NCBI GenBank assembly: GCA_054661495.1
Contig: BAAFSQ010000022.1
Span: 1 to 32,000 of the forward strand
Reading direction: 5' to 3'
Source of the DNA: Zygophlyctis sp. KS116
Taxonomy: Eukaryota; Fungi; Chytridiomycota
Length of the DNA stretch: 32,000 nt
Of the stretch, positions 1 to 14,257 are shown in pieces. Under the pieces are notes generated by a model. The model searched no databases, was not told the origin of the DNA, and saw only the letters and a program-made list of their open reading frames with translations. The stretch's first letter is position 1. Every line of letters starts with the position of its first letter. The translations under genes and the position numbers were made by a program.

Positions 1-296
1 CATCATACTAATCATTGAAGAGATCATTTTTATTTTTTAAAGAATATATAGCACAATCGGCCTATTTATACTAATTAATTGTACCTTCTGATCGTGTCCA
101 TTGTATAATCCACCCCCTCAGTTAAAACTGAATGAGAAACCAATCAAACAAATCCGGCCCTCACTTGCAACAGAAGCTGATAAAAGGATCAGAGCCACTC
201 AGGATGATCTCATATCCAAACAGGAAACTGATCAAGGCTTTATGAAGGAATAGACACTTTTTCTTAAAAGAAATTCATTCCCATGTCTTTTACGTT

Positions 297-3256
297 TTAC
301 TTCTCAATCTCCAAGCTCCAGTCCCTCCCAATACGCATTTTGGGATCCTTAATTTTGACCTGGAAGAGATCATTTCCCATTTCAGAAACTTTATAAGTGC
401 AGTCTACAGTCAGAGTGAAATCACCTATCTTATCTCCGCTGTATTTAACATTTTTATAAAATGTTTTTGCAACAACTGTTTTTGTTGGACGAATAGTTAA
501 GCCTAGTATAATTACTCGCTCGACACGGCTTCCCCATTTAATTTGTGCTTCCTTTGATCCTTTTGAAAAACTTCCAGTCAATGTATTATTCTTGAATGAT
601 AAAAATGTGGTGACAAATTCTTGATTTTCATAGTCAAAAGATGTTCCATCATCCAAGTATAGCTTTCCTGAAGCTTCACCCTAAAATTACCATATAATAT
701 CCTACTTTTTCATCTAAAGCAACTATAAGGGTGATAGGATCCAAAACCATTAAGGATGCAGATCTTCTCAAGCGCTGTCTACGAGGAATGATGCGACCTC
801 CACGAATAAACGCAGGAATCACATCAAGATTTGTGTCCATGGTAAACTTACGAGAATTGGGGACAGACAATAACTGGAAACTAAAATAGTCATACCACTT
901 CTAGTCAGGAAAAGAATTTTTACCCTTGTGTTTGGCAAATACACTTCAACACTTTTCTGGCTTTTCTCAACTACAGGCTTGATGAGAATTGCTGATCCCA
1001 ACATAAATTGATCTCCTATACCAAAAGTATTTTCGTCAGCGGGAAATTCTACAAACATTGGCCTACATCATTATTTTTCTAAAGAATACCTCATCACTGG
1101 ATTCCCCGTGCGGCTAGCTTCACGAAATAGCGTATATATATAAGGTAAAAGCTGATAACGGTTAATAATCGATTGACGAATTAAGGAAGTATAAGGCTCC
1201 CCAAATAGCCATGGTTCTCGACGCCTTGTTTCAATATGAGCATGACCTCTGAAGAAAGGCTGAAAGGCACCAACTTGATACCATCTAAGAAGAAGCTCAG
1301 CATCTGGATTCCCGAAAAATCCTCCCACATCAGCTCCACAGAATACTACACCAGAAATACTGATCGTCAGAAGCATAGGGACAGATGATGCCAAATGTTC
1401 CCACTCAGCTGCGTTATCTCCCGTCCATATGGCTCCATATCTCTGCGTTCCAGCAAAGAATGCCCTGGAAAGAATAAATGGACGATTTGAATTATTACTC
1501 CTCAACATATGGCCTTCATAAGTAGCTCTTTGTTGCAGCATTCCATAAGCATTATGAATATCACGATGCTCTACCCCATCAATATGAAGATTATCTTTTG
1601 GCATAGTTATTTCAGGGCCAGAAAAAACGGACGGTTCATTCATATCATTCCAAGTATAAAGATTTTCTGTTGAGCCTATGTATTTGTCAAAAGAAAACAG
1701 TCTTGCCCAATATTCACGCGTAGCAGGATTAAGATAATCCAGCCATGCAGAATTTCCTGGCCAGCACTGACCTTCAAAAGAAGTTCCATCTGCCTTTTTT
1801 ACATAATAGTCTAAATCTTTTGCCTCTTTATATACAGAGTACTCTTGATCCACTTTAATGTGCGGGTCAATAATAGTAACCATCTAGATTTTTCAGTTTG
1901 AAAAACTATTACCTTTCTTCCAGTAGAAGCAATGCTATTTTGCATTTTAACAGGATCAGCAAACTTGACATTATCCCAAGTAAAATATTTTTTTCCATCA
2001 GTGTGTTCAATATCCAACCAGATAACGTCATATGGAATATCATACTTGTCAAAATTCTCTGCAACTTCTGCAACATCATTTTGATCAATATAATTCCAGC
2101 GACATTGATGATATCCCAAAGAAAAAATTTGGGGTAGTTTTGGCCTTCCAGTCAAATACGTAAAAGAGTTGAATATATCACCTGGAGAATCTCCCATCAT
2201 CACAAAAATATCCAGAATTCCAGATTCTGTCATCCAATGAGTTGAAACAGAAGGCTCCTGTTTTTTTCTAAACAAATTACTGAAAACACCCTATATTTAA
2301 AATATACTAAATACCGTATTAGAGCTTTTCTCAACATCAACCCACATTTCCGCTGAATTCAACCAAAAAACTCCTACAGAAGAGCCTTTTTTATGACTTA
2401 GAAGAAATGGAATCGAACCGTACAAAGCCATTGGAGAATCTAGTATAAATTCAAAAACATCTAAATTATATAATCTGTAAGGCTCTTTATACTCTGCATT
2501 TACTCCTCTAGTTGTCTTTAATGATAAATCCGATGCATGTTCTGGCAATCCATAAACATTTTTTGAACCAGGAAAAGTCAAATCAACTCCAATTGAACCC
2601 GGACCTAAATTTATCATTATTCCAAAGATTAAATTACCTTTTGGCTTTGAATCTGTATTACCACCAAAACTTTCAGACCAAGAATCTTTATTTATAGCAG
2701 CCATCAAATCATTATAATTCTTTTTATCCTTGAGCATACTAAATTCTTCACCAAGTTCAACTCCTTTATCTCTATTTTTTTCCAAATATAGATATCCCTT
2801 TTCATTAAATGTTAAAACTGGCGTATCCCCTCTAAAAAATTCCATTTTAAATGATTTGATCCCAGTATTGATGATCACTCTATTGTCATCAATCGAAAGT
2901 ATTATAGATTCATTCTTAATTTCATGAGTATACGACACAATCGTAAAGATATTTTCAATAGCAAAATCGCCAGCCTTATCATAAGCGCCGTCAACTCCAA
3001 CTTTCAATCTAAACGCCCGTTCAAACGGCGACAATGTAAAAGAGAATTTAGACCCAAAAGTATCGGCACATGTCAATGTTACAACTTTGCCAATTTCATA
3101 TTCGACAACTGACCATTTAGCAGGGTAACCCTCATCAACAATTGAAGCAAATGCCTGTTGCCGAGAGCAAAATGATGACTGTGAACAAGTCTTAAAGTCT
3201 GACTGTTTAACCATTCTTACGACCGTAAATAGAGAAATCACAAACAACCAATACAT
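297..3256 (-). CDS. GANAB: Glucosidase II alpha subunit (GH31), 7 exons
   Basis: Signal peptide followed by [11 protein letters not shown]; GH31 motifs [16 protein letters not shown] (nucleophile), WTGDN, FFRGHAH. GT-AG introns at 2605-2637, 2291-2314, 1884-1912, 1063-1089, 901-923 and 681-705 join the ORF pieces in frame. Confidence 0.95.
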
Positions 3257-3364
3257 TATCGTTCCTTGTCCTTATTTAGACTAGAAGAAGAACTTAATGA
3301 CCAATGTGTTCAAGGTTTAGCTTTTACTTGGCCTTTTGCTCTTTGCTCATCAGTCAATTACAAA

Positions 3365-5628
<2,264 letters not shown>

Positions 5629-5655
5629 TATTTTAAAGCTTATAAGAAGACAGAT

Positions 5656-6080
5656 TTACCATTTCCATTTTCTCCTGCTATTCAAATTTGAGCACCCATG
5701 TGTAATTTTCTGTGTTGTTTTACAGATGACGCCCGGCGCTAAAGACCGATTGAAATACTTTGCACCACAAGATTGTACCCGATCACCCATCCTACAACAA
5801 TAAGAAATCTTTCGATGATACTGGAATTTGTTTGCCGGACATTCGGGTGTTGATTGTACTTTGAATCGGCATATTCAGAAGCATCTGTCCATTGCTTCAT
5901 TTATCTTAAACTGTATTATGCAATAGATTGGGGAAATGTTTTATAAAATTCATGAATTATGTCTTCTGGTCTTTGATCGATGACTCTAGCTTCCAGTAAT
6001 TCTTCAGCTAAAAGAAGAGCGCTTTTGGCTGGAATAATACGGACTTTTCCTCTAATCTTCTTTGGGTTGTGTACAGACAT
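5656..6080 (-). pseudogene. Probable broken gene or transposase relic with a WRKY/FLYWCH-like C-x8-C-x22-H-x-C segment
   Basis: A 54-aa ORF from ATG 6080 (stop 5916-5918) and a 72-codon Cys-rich open frame at 5659-5874 in another frame. I found no clean GT-AG intron joining them. Confidence 0.3.
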
Positions 6081-6241
6081 TTTGCGCAGCTATAATGAGA
6101 AATGTGGCAAGTAATTTAATGTCTTTATTGGGAGCAGGCGGCGGCAAACTTTCTGTCGGATTTAATCGTCAAGTCGGTAATTTACTGAGTCCTCAAATAA
6201 AACTTCATAAAGAATTTTAATCTTATTAAGACCATATGAAA

Positions 6242-7256
6242 TTAAGCAGTGGCACGAGCTCTTTCAAAAGCAGCAATTTTCTGAGCCACTCTGTTCTTTC
6301 TTTGTTTAGCATTAGTACGACGAGTCTTATATTTCTGTAAAGCCTTTTTAGCATCTGCATCTAGAGCAGTCTTCTTTTGTGGAGATGGATCTTCTCTGAT
6401 TTTTTCATGAGCATTTTCATACATCTCTTCCAAAGTATCAGGCTCAATTCCTAGTTCCACATACTTTGCAAAATGTTTCTTGTACATTTCCTCATCATCT
6501 TCTTGAAGATATTCCATATAATCAGCAACATGTGTTCCAAAGATGTAACTTCTAACCATTTCTGGATCTCCCTTCTTAGTATCTTTATCAAATCCAGGGA
6601 ATCTTGAATCAGAGTAAGGAATAGCTAATCCACCATCAACTGCACCCTTTAAAGCACCAAAAATTCTAGCACCAGTGGTAGTTCTTCTTAGACCAACATC
6701 CAAGAAAGCCTTAAAAGGACGGGATTCACCCTCCTTTTCCTCTTCCATGAAATGTTCACCATTAATCTCTTCTGCACCAGTGTAAGTCTCATCTAATCCC
6801 AATTTCTTCAATAATCTGCGAGCTGCTAATAATCCAGTAGCATATGCAGCTGCCCAATTAGTCAAACCAACAGTGATTCCATATCTAGGTAATTCATGAG
6901 AGTAAGCAGCAGTCAGACAAATATCCCCAGTAATTTTAGCGTACATGACTTGACAAATGATATCCTTGTTTGTAATTCTGACTACAAAACGATATTTTGG
7001 AGAACTATACTTATTTTTAGCCTGTGTAACAAGACGTTTTCTAGCATAATAATCAGTTTTTCCCTCTAAAATGTTAATAATTTAAAAATAGATCTCAGAT
7101 AGGAGCAAAAGACTATATAGATTTGAATCTACACAAAGGTTCAGCTGAAATATGTCATCATCATTGATCTTTGTAAGCATTACCTCTTCTTCTGCGATAT
7201 TTAGTTTGGAATCGCTTGTAGTAAGCTTTATTTTTGACTACTTTAACAAATGGCAT
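6242..7256 (-). CDS. RPL5: 60S ribosomal protein L5 (uL18), 2 exons
   Basis: MPFVKVVKNKAYYKRFQTKYRRRRE|GKTDYYARKRL across the 118-nt intron 7066-7183; AYSHELPRYG, LDVGLRRTTTGARIFGALKGAVDGGL. Confidence 0.98.
7090..7170 (-). ncRNA. Intronic C/D box snoRNA, snR60/SNORD80-like (predicted guide for LSU Gm908 and Am817, yeast numbering)
   Basis: Terminal stem AGATC/GATCT, C box ATGATGA (7158-7164), D' box CTGA (7141-7144), D box CTGA (7095-7098). The 17-nt D guide TAGTCTTTTGCTCCTAT pairs with the conserved LSU sequence AUAGGGGCGAAAGACUA. Confidence 0.9.
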
Positions 7257-7428
7257 TAATTTTTTTTTCAAACGCTAGTGGCGTGGGCCCTTTCCGCTTG
7301 TTTTACTATGGGAGACCTATGCAAGACCCATGGGGGACCTATGCAAGACCTATGGGGGACCTATGGAAAGGTAGAGTCAGTGGCCAGGCAAACGCCACTC
7401 TTTACTAGGCAAAGAAATATTTTTTTAA
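7257..7428. promoter_or_regulatory. Bidirectional promoter shared by RPL5 and RPL14
   Basis: 172 bp between divergent ATGs, GC-richer than the flanks. Inverted AGTGGCGT (7277-7284) and ACGCCACT (7392-7399) flank a tandem array. Confidence 0.75.
7306..7371. repeat. Tandem array of six 11-bp units with 22-bp higher-order alternation
   Basis: CTATGGGAGAC CTATGCAAGAC CCATGGGGGAC CTATGCAAGAC CTATGGGGGAC CTATGGAAAGG. Confidence 0.95.
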
Positions 7429-7860
7429 ATGGGATTCGCTAGACAAGTAGAGGTTGGAAGAGTTGTCGTAATGACTTATGGCCCCGAAGCTGGGAAATTA
7501 GCAGTCATTACAGAAATCATTGATCATGGAAGAGTCTTGGTCGATGGTCCCTCAACAGGAGTTAGTAGACAGGCTGTTTCATTTAAAAGAGCTTCTCTTA
7601 CACCAATTACATTAAATATCCCAAGAGGAATTGGATCAGTTGCTTTACTTAAAAAAGTTAAAGATCAGGATTTGGATGGAAAATGGAACAAGACTTCATG
7701 GGCAAAAAAGATTGCAAAGAGAAGTACTAGAGCTAATTTGTCAGATTTTGATCGTTTCAAGGTCATGTTGGCTAGAAAAAAGGTAATTTTAATTAGATTT
7801 ATAAAATAGAAAACTACGATTGTTAATAAAGCATTCGCCAAGGCTAAACCAAGAAAGTAA
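7429..7860 (+). CDS. RPL14: 60S ribosomal protein L14 (eL14), 2 exons
   Basis: VEVGRVV..GPEAGKLAVITEIIDHGRVLVDGP and LSDFDRFKVM. Intron 7783-7809, then last exon KTTIVNKAFAKAKPRK*. Confidence 0.97.
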
Positions 7861-7931
7861 ATGGCAGTGTTTTAATAAATCTTTTTAAAAAATCATCTTT
7901 TTTTTGTTATCTCAACCTTCTAGAAAGTATC

Positions 7932-10252
7932 TTAGGATTCTAACAAACTCTTCTTGTACTGCTCTACTATTCCCATTGTAGAAGAATCAGATCCTTCAAA
8001 CTTGCTCAGAGATCCACCATTGCATATCCATACTTCTTGACAAACAGCATCTAAAAAGGTTTGGTCGTGAGACACTAAGTTGAAAATAATAAAAATTACC
8101 TATAAGTAATCCACCCTTAAATTCTACTAGTGCAGCAGTTAATGCTTCAATAGAGTCCATGTCCAAGTGATTGGTAGGCTCATCTAATATAAGGACGTGA
8201 GGTTGAGATAATGCTAATGCTGCAAATACTGTTCTAGACTTTTGTCCTCCAGATAAAGTACCAATAGGTTGTAACGGTGCAGTTCCTCCAAGTCCATATC
8301 TTCCAAGAACTCTTCGTATTTCTTCTTCTGGAATTCCTGGGTATTGTTTAGCAAGAAATTGGACAGATGATAACGCCAATTCTAATTGATCAACATGATG
8401 TTGGGAAAATAATCCTAATCGAAGTCGGCCGTGGCGATGAATTAATCCTTTTATAGGGCTAACTTCTCCAGTAAGTACCTTGATTAGAGTGGATTTACCT
8501 GGGTAATTAATTGTTTAAAGAAATATACCAGCTCCATTAGGTCCAACAACTGCAATTTTGGAATCCATTCGAACATCAAAACATATATTAGATAAAATAA
8601 TTTTTTCTGGAGTATAACCATATGTAATCACGTCCGCTTGTAAAATAGGAGGTGAAATTTGCTCTGGATTTGGGAAACGGAAATACACAGATTCAGATTC
8701 TCCCATTCCATCCATATCATCCTTTGGAGGAGCAATTAATGGTCCCAATTTTTCCAATATTTTGATTTTACTTTGAGCTTGAGGAGCACGTTTTGCATTG
8801 TAACGCCAGCGATCAATAAACTATACATAAGACTTCAAATTCATACCGCTTGTAAATGCTGTCTGTATTGTAATTGAGATTCATATTCTCTCCATTCATT
8901 TTTTCTCCGTTCAGTTTTTGTAGCAACAAATGATGCAAAATTTCCTTTATAAACATCCAACTGCCCATCATGAAGATGCAAAATATCTGTTGCGACTGCA
9001 TTTAAGAAAGATTTCTACATTTTAGAAAAAAAAGACTTACATCGTGTGATACTACTAGTAAAGTTGTTGACCAATTTTGAAAGTAGTTTTCCAACCATAC
9101 GACAGCTGGAAAATCTAAATAATTGGTAACCTCATCAGCCAAAAGTAAATCAGGTCTACAAAATAAAGCTCGAGCCAATGCAAGTCTCTAAATTTTTTAA
9201 TATAAAATCCATTTACCATTCTCCACCCACCACTAAATGTGCTAGTTGCCGCCTGCTGTTGTTCTGGAGAGAATCCTAAGCCGTTCAGAATAGCAGCAGC
9301 CCTCGAATCAGCTTTATCTGCATCCGTGTCATGCAACTCTTGATACACGGCTTTTAAACGGGAATTTAATATAGCAGAATCTTCTGGAGTTGTACTTGAT
9401 TTTCCTAATTTTGAATTGATTTCCTTTTCTTCTTTTAGCAAAGCATTCATTTGAATATCCGCATCCAGTACTGACGCAAGAGCAGTCCCATCTCCTCCTT
9501 GAATCTTTTTAAAAAATTTAGAAATTTAAAAAAATACCTCTTGTTCTACGTGCAAGACTTTAATATAACTTGGTAAAACCAATTCTTTAGATGAAATCGC
9601 ACTTAATAGAGTAGATTTACCAACACCATTTTTCCCTACTAACCCATACCTTTTTCCAAATACAAGACTCAAGTTTGCATTCTCTAGAATTTTCTTTCCT
9701 GCATATTGTATATCGAAATTTTCCAAAATAACATCTTTTGATCTAGAAGATTCAACAGATTTACAATTTAATCTAATTTGTTAAATCTCTTTTTTAAAAA
9801 GGTTACTGATTTACTACGATTGCTGGCTTAACATCTGGATTCCAAGTAGGAATTGCTGATTCATACTCTGCATTAACTGTCCTTTCAGCTCTCTTACTTG
9901 CTAATTTCCTTTCCGCCAAAAGTAATTTCCTTTGATCGACTTGTGATTTTACAAATTTTGTTGAACCATGTCTGATATCAACTTTTGAGCCTTGAGTAAA
10001 AGATATAGTATTCGACATTAATCCAGCCATTGTTACTTTCTCTGAGAGAAGATTAGGCTGATCATCTCCTGAATCAACCACAAATCTTTTAATAAATGCT
10101 GATATATCAATAGTAAAAAGTGGCACTAAAAAGTCTGTTAATGCTTCACTAGAGAAATCAGAGCTTGAATCATTTAAATATCCATGCACATAATCTACAA
10201 GATCAGGGTCCAAATCAGGCTCCACTAATAGTATATCGTCCTTGAGCGTCAT
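7932..10252 (-). CDS. ABCF3: ABC-F family ATPase ABCF3/GCN20, 8 exons
   Basis: Two NBDs and no TM domains: [62 protein letters not shown]. Introns 9773-9806, 9505-9537, 9188-9216, 9015-9040, 8821-8846, 8499-8528, 8075-8099. Confidence 0.93.
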
Positions 10253-10298
10253 AATCAACTTGCAACCTGATCCTGGGCCACTCTTTCAAACTTGACGT

Positions 10299-13200
10299 AT
10301 GAAATCTGACAAAATAGATCCACAAGTAGACAAGACTCAAAGTCCAAAAATTGAATCGCTGCCATACACTAAACTCTATCGGTATGCAAACCAAGGCGAC
10401 ATTCTTTTAATGTTGCTGGGAACACTTTGTGCAATGATAAATGGGGCCGCTTTACCATTGATGACGATTGCTTTTGGGGATATTCTGAATGCTTTTATTT
10501 TTTATGTACCGACAGCAGAAGGAAAGGCTGCTTTAGAAAAATCTGCTAATGAAAGTGTATTATTTTTTGTTTGGATCGGAATAGCGGCATTTGTTGCCTC
10601 TTATGGTCAGCTTTGTTTTTGGATGATTGCTGGGGAGAGACAGACAAAGCGTATTAGACATTTGTATTTTTCAGCAATTTTAAGACAGGATATTGGTTGG
10701 TTTGATGCTAATTCAACTGGGGCTTTAACTTCTAGAATGATCGGCGATACAGCTACTATACAAGAAGGGATTTCTGAAAAAATATCTTTAATGGTTCAAT
10801 TTCTTACTACTTTTATTGCAGGTTTTGTAATTGCTTTTATTAAAGGCTGGAGATTGGCTCTAGGTATTGAATTAGATTTAATAGTATAGTTCTTTGCTCA
10901 GTGATTCCTTTACTAGCTGTAGCTGCTTTTATAATGTCAAAGGCATTGTCAGGTGGTTCTTCAGAGTCTTCAGATGCGTATGCTGAAGCTGGGAATATTG
11001 CACAACAAGTCATCTCTTCAATAAGAACTGTTACTGCATTTGGAGGACAAGAAAGAGAAGCAAAACGGTATGAAAAGCATTTGGATGCTGCAGAAAAGGC
11101 GGGAATAAAGAAAAGTATAGCTACAGGAATTGGAATTGGTTCTGTTCAATTTTTAATGTTCTCTGTGTATGCTCTTGGATTCTATTATGGAAATTATCTT
11201 GTTTCTATAGGTTTAATGCAGCCAGGTGAAGTTTTAAATACTTTTTTTGCTATAATCATTGGTGCATTTTCTTTAGGTCAGGCTGCACCTTATTTTCAAG
11301 TAATTGGAAATTCACAAGGTGCAGGATTTAGAATATTTGAAACTCTGGCTCGTGATTCGCCGATAGATTCATGCTCTTCAAAAGGTTTAAAGCCAGAAAA
11401 AATTCAAGGAGATATCACATTTACAGATGTGAACTTTGCTTATCCTTCACGGCCTGATGTTCCTATTTTATCCACTTTTAATCTACAAGTCAAGGCTGGG
11501 CAGACTGTAGCGTTGGTAGGTGCATCTGGATCTGGGAAAAGTACAATAGTTAAGTTGTTTGAACGCTTTTACAACCCGACTTCCGGAATTTTATCTTTGG
11601 ATGGAAATGATATATCCACTCTTAACGTCAAGTGGCTTCGTCAACAGATTGGCATGGTTTCACAAGAGGTATTTTTAGTCTCTTATTTTACCGTAGCCTG
11701 TTCTTTTTGATTCAACTATCCGTCAAAATCTCATATATGGTTTGCTACAAGACCCGGAAAGCTTGTCAAAACAAGAGTTAGAAGATATAATTATTAATTC
11801 TTGTAAATTGGCAAATGCCTGGAATTTTATTAGTGAACTACCAAATGGTTTAGACACAAATGTTGGAGAGTCAGGAGCAATGCTGTCCGGAGGTCAAAAA
11901 CAACGAATTGCTATTGCTCGTGCTCTTATGAAAAACCCTAGAATCCTCCTCTTGGACGAGGCTACTTCTGCTTTGGATACTGAATCAGAGAGACTGGTTC
12001 AGGTTGCGTTGGAAAATGCTTCTAAAAATAGAACCACTATTACAATTGCACATCGCTTATCAACCATTAAAAATTCTGATTTGATTTTGGTTATGGATCA
12101 CGGGCACGTTATTGAGCAGGGAACGCATAATGAGCTGATCGATAAAAAAGGAGTTTATTTTTCATTGACTGGTAAGTGGTTACTTGATAAAATTATAGAG
12201 ACACAGAAATTAGGAGTATCTGAAGGTCAGACCGTAGCTGCTAATAAGGAAGCTTTGCCGGCTGACAACGAGTTAATAGAAACTCCTTCACAAGTAACTG
12301 CCATCGAACCGGAAACTCGTATCCAAATTTCAAAAGATTCAAAAAAAACTTCTAGTATGAGCTCATTAAAGCGACGAAAGATAGAGGAAGAAAAAGATCC
12401 TGCAGAGAAATATCTTTTGAATCAAAAAGTTGATACCTATCGTATTCTGAAGATGAATCAACCGGAATGGGGTTACTTTGTGTTGGGAGGACTTGGTGCG
12501 GCAGGAAATGGAGCAGTAATGCCTTTGTTTGCATTAATTTTTTCTGAAGTTATGACCTCTTTAGGAAGTGATAAGGCCAATTTTTGGGCTTTGATGTTTC
12601 TTATACTTGCGATAAGTTCATTTGTAAGCAATTTTGCCCAAACATATTTCTTCCAATACTCGGCTCAAAAATTGGCAAGAAGACTACGTGCAATATCTTT
12701 CAGAGCAATCTTAAGACAGGATATAGGATTCTTTGATGAAGAAAGTCATAGTACTGGTGTCCTTACTACAAGACTTGCTGAAGATGCCAGTTTAGTTCCG
12801 GGGCTAACAGGCCCTACCTTCGGTGGTATTATTCAGGCAGCTGGTGGGTTGTTTGCAGGAATGATTATTGCATTTATTAACTGTTGGCAATTGTCTTTTG
12901 TTGTACTGGGAACTGTTCCATTAATGGCTGCAGCTGGCTACTTTCAGTTACGATCTTTACAGGGTTACGGTCAAGCATCTAAAAAGGATTATGAAGAAGC
13001 CGGACAAATATGCTGTGAAGCTATTGAAAATATTCGGACGGTGGCAACTCTTACATTAGAGGAACGGTTATTAAAAATGTATTCTAAAAGAACTGTTGTG
13101 CCTCATAAGACTGTTTTGAAAGGATCATTTGTATCATCATTTGGATACGGAATGTCTATGGGGATGCCATTTTTCATTTGGGCCGGTAAGAAATTTTATA

Positions 13201-14222
13201 TTCATAAATTAAGTGGCATTTTACTATGGATCTTATCTGATACGATCTGATTTGTATAAGACGTCAAACATTCTAACTACTATGTTCGCAGTTATTTTTG
13301 CGGCAATGACTGCTGGACAAGTTAGCAATTTCATGCCTGATATTGCAAAAGCAAAGATCTCTACCATAAATATTACTTCTCTGTTGGATAGAAAATCTAA
13401 AATTGACTATAGTGATCCTTCTGGAGAAAAGCGAGAAAAATGCTCAGGAAAAGCAGACCTCGTCAATGTTTCATTTTCTTATCCAATACGTCCAGATATT
13501 AAGGTTTTGAAAGGTATAGATTTAGAAGCCCTTCCTGGAAAGACTGTAGCTCTTGTGGGTTCTTCAGGCTGTGGAAAATCAACAGTAATGGGAATATTTG
13601 AGAAATGGTATGATATTGCTGGAGGCACTGCTAGTTTAGACGAATTATCAGTTTCTGACTGGAATTTAGAAAATATGCGTTCTCATATGGCACTCGTGGG
13701 TCAAGAGCCAGTACTATTTAATTTTTCAATTGGGGAAAATATTGCATATGGATTAACTCATGAAGCTACACAATTACAAATTGAAAGTGCTGCTAGACTT
13801 GCAAATATCCATGATTTCATAATGAGTCTACCAGACGGATATGATACACTAGTAGGAGAAAAAGGAGGACAGCTTTCTGTAATTTTTTTCTTAATGATTA
13901 TCTATAGGGCGGACAAAAACAGCGAGTTGCGATAGCGAGAGCTCTGATCCGTAATCCTCGCCTTCTCTTGCTTGATGAAGCAACTTCAGCTCTTGATTCA
14001 GAATCCGAGCAAGTAGTGCAAGCTGCGTTAGATGAAGCAGCAAAAGGTAGAACCACCTTGGTTATTGCACATCGACTCTCTACGATTCAACATGCCGATA
14101 TGATTCTTGTTTTCAAAAATGGAGTCGTAGCAGAATCTGGAACCCATTTGGAACTTGTAATGAAGAAAGGAATTTATTATGAGCTTAGTCAACAGCAATC
14201 TCTGGAAAAGAAAAGGCTTTAA
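10299..14222 (+). CDS. ABCB1: Full-size ABC-B multidrug resistance transporter (P-glycoprotein/MDR1-like), 6 exons
   Basis: TMD-NBD-TMD-NBD layout; [43 protein letters not shown]. Introns 10864-10889, 11669-11696, 12172-12198, 13186-13213, 13879-13907. Confidence 0.95.
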
Positions 14223-14257
14223 GTTTGAAAAATATCATTAGAAGATATTCATGATTA

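Noticed and set aside
92-253. Open frame on the + strand (LYNPPPQLKLNEKP...)
   Set aside because: No early ATG, no suitable splice acceptor and no recognisable similarity; cannot be supported from this window.
5860-5895. In-frame TGA in C-F-*-I-C as selenocysteine
   Set aside because: Not a CxxU or UxxC motif, no selenoprotein family similarity, and no SECIS-like AUGA..AA..GA stem visible downstream.
7306-7371. Repeat array as CRISPR or telomeric repeat
   Set aside because: Units are 11 bp and contiguous with no unique spacers, the context is eukaryotic, and there is no telomere-like unit.
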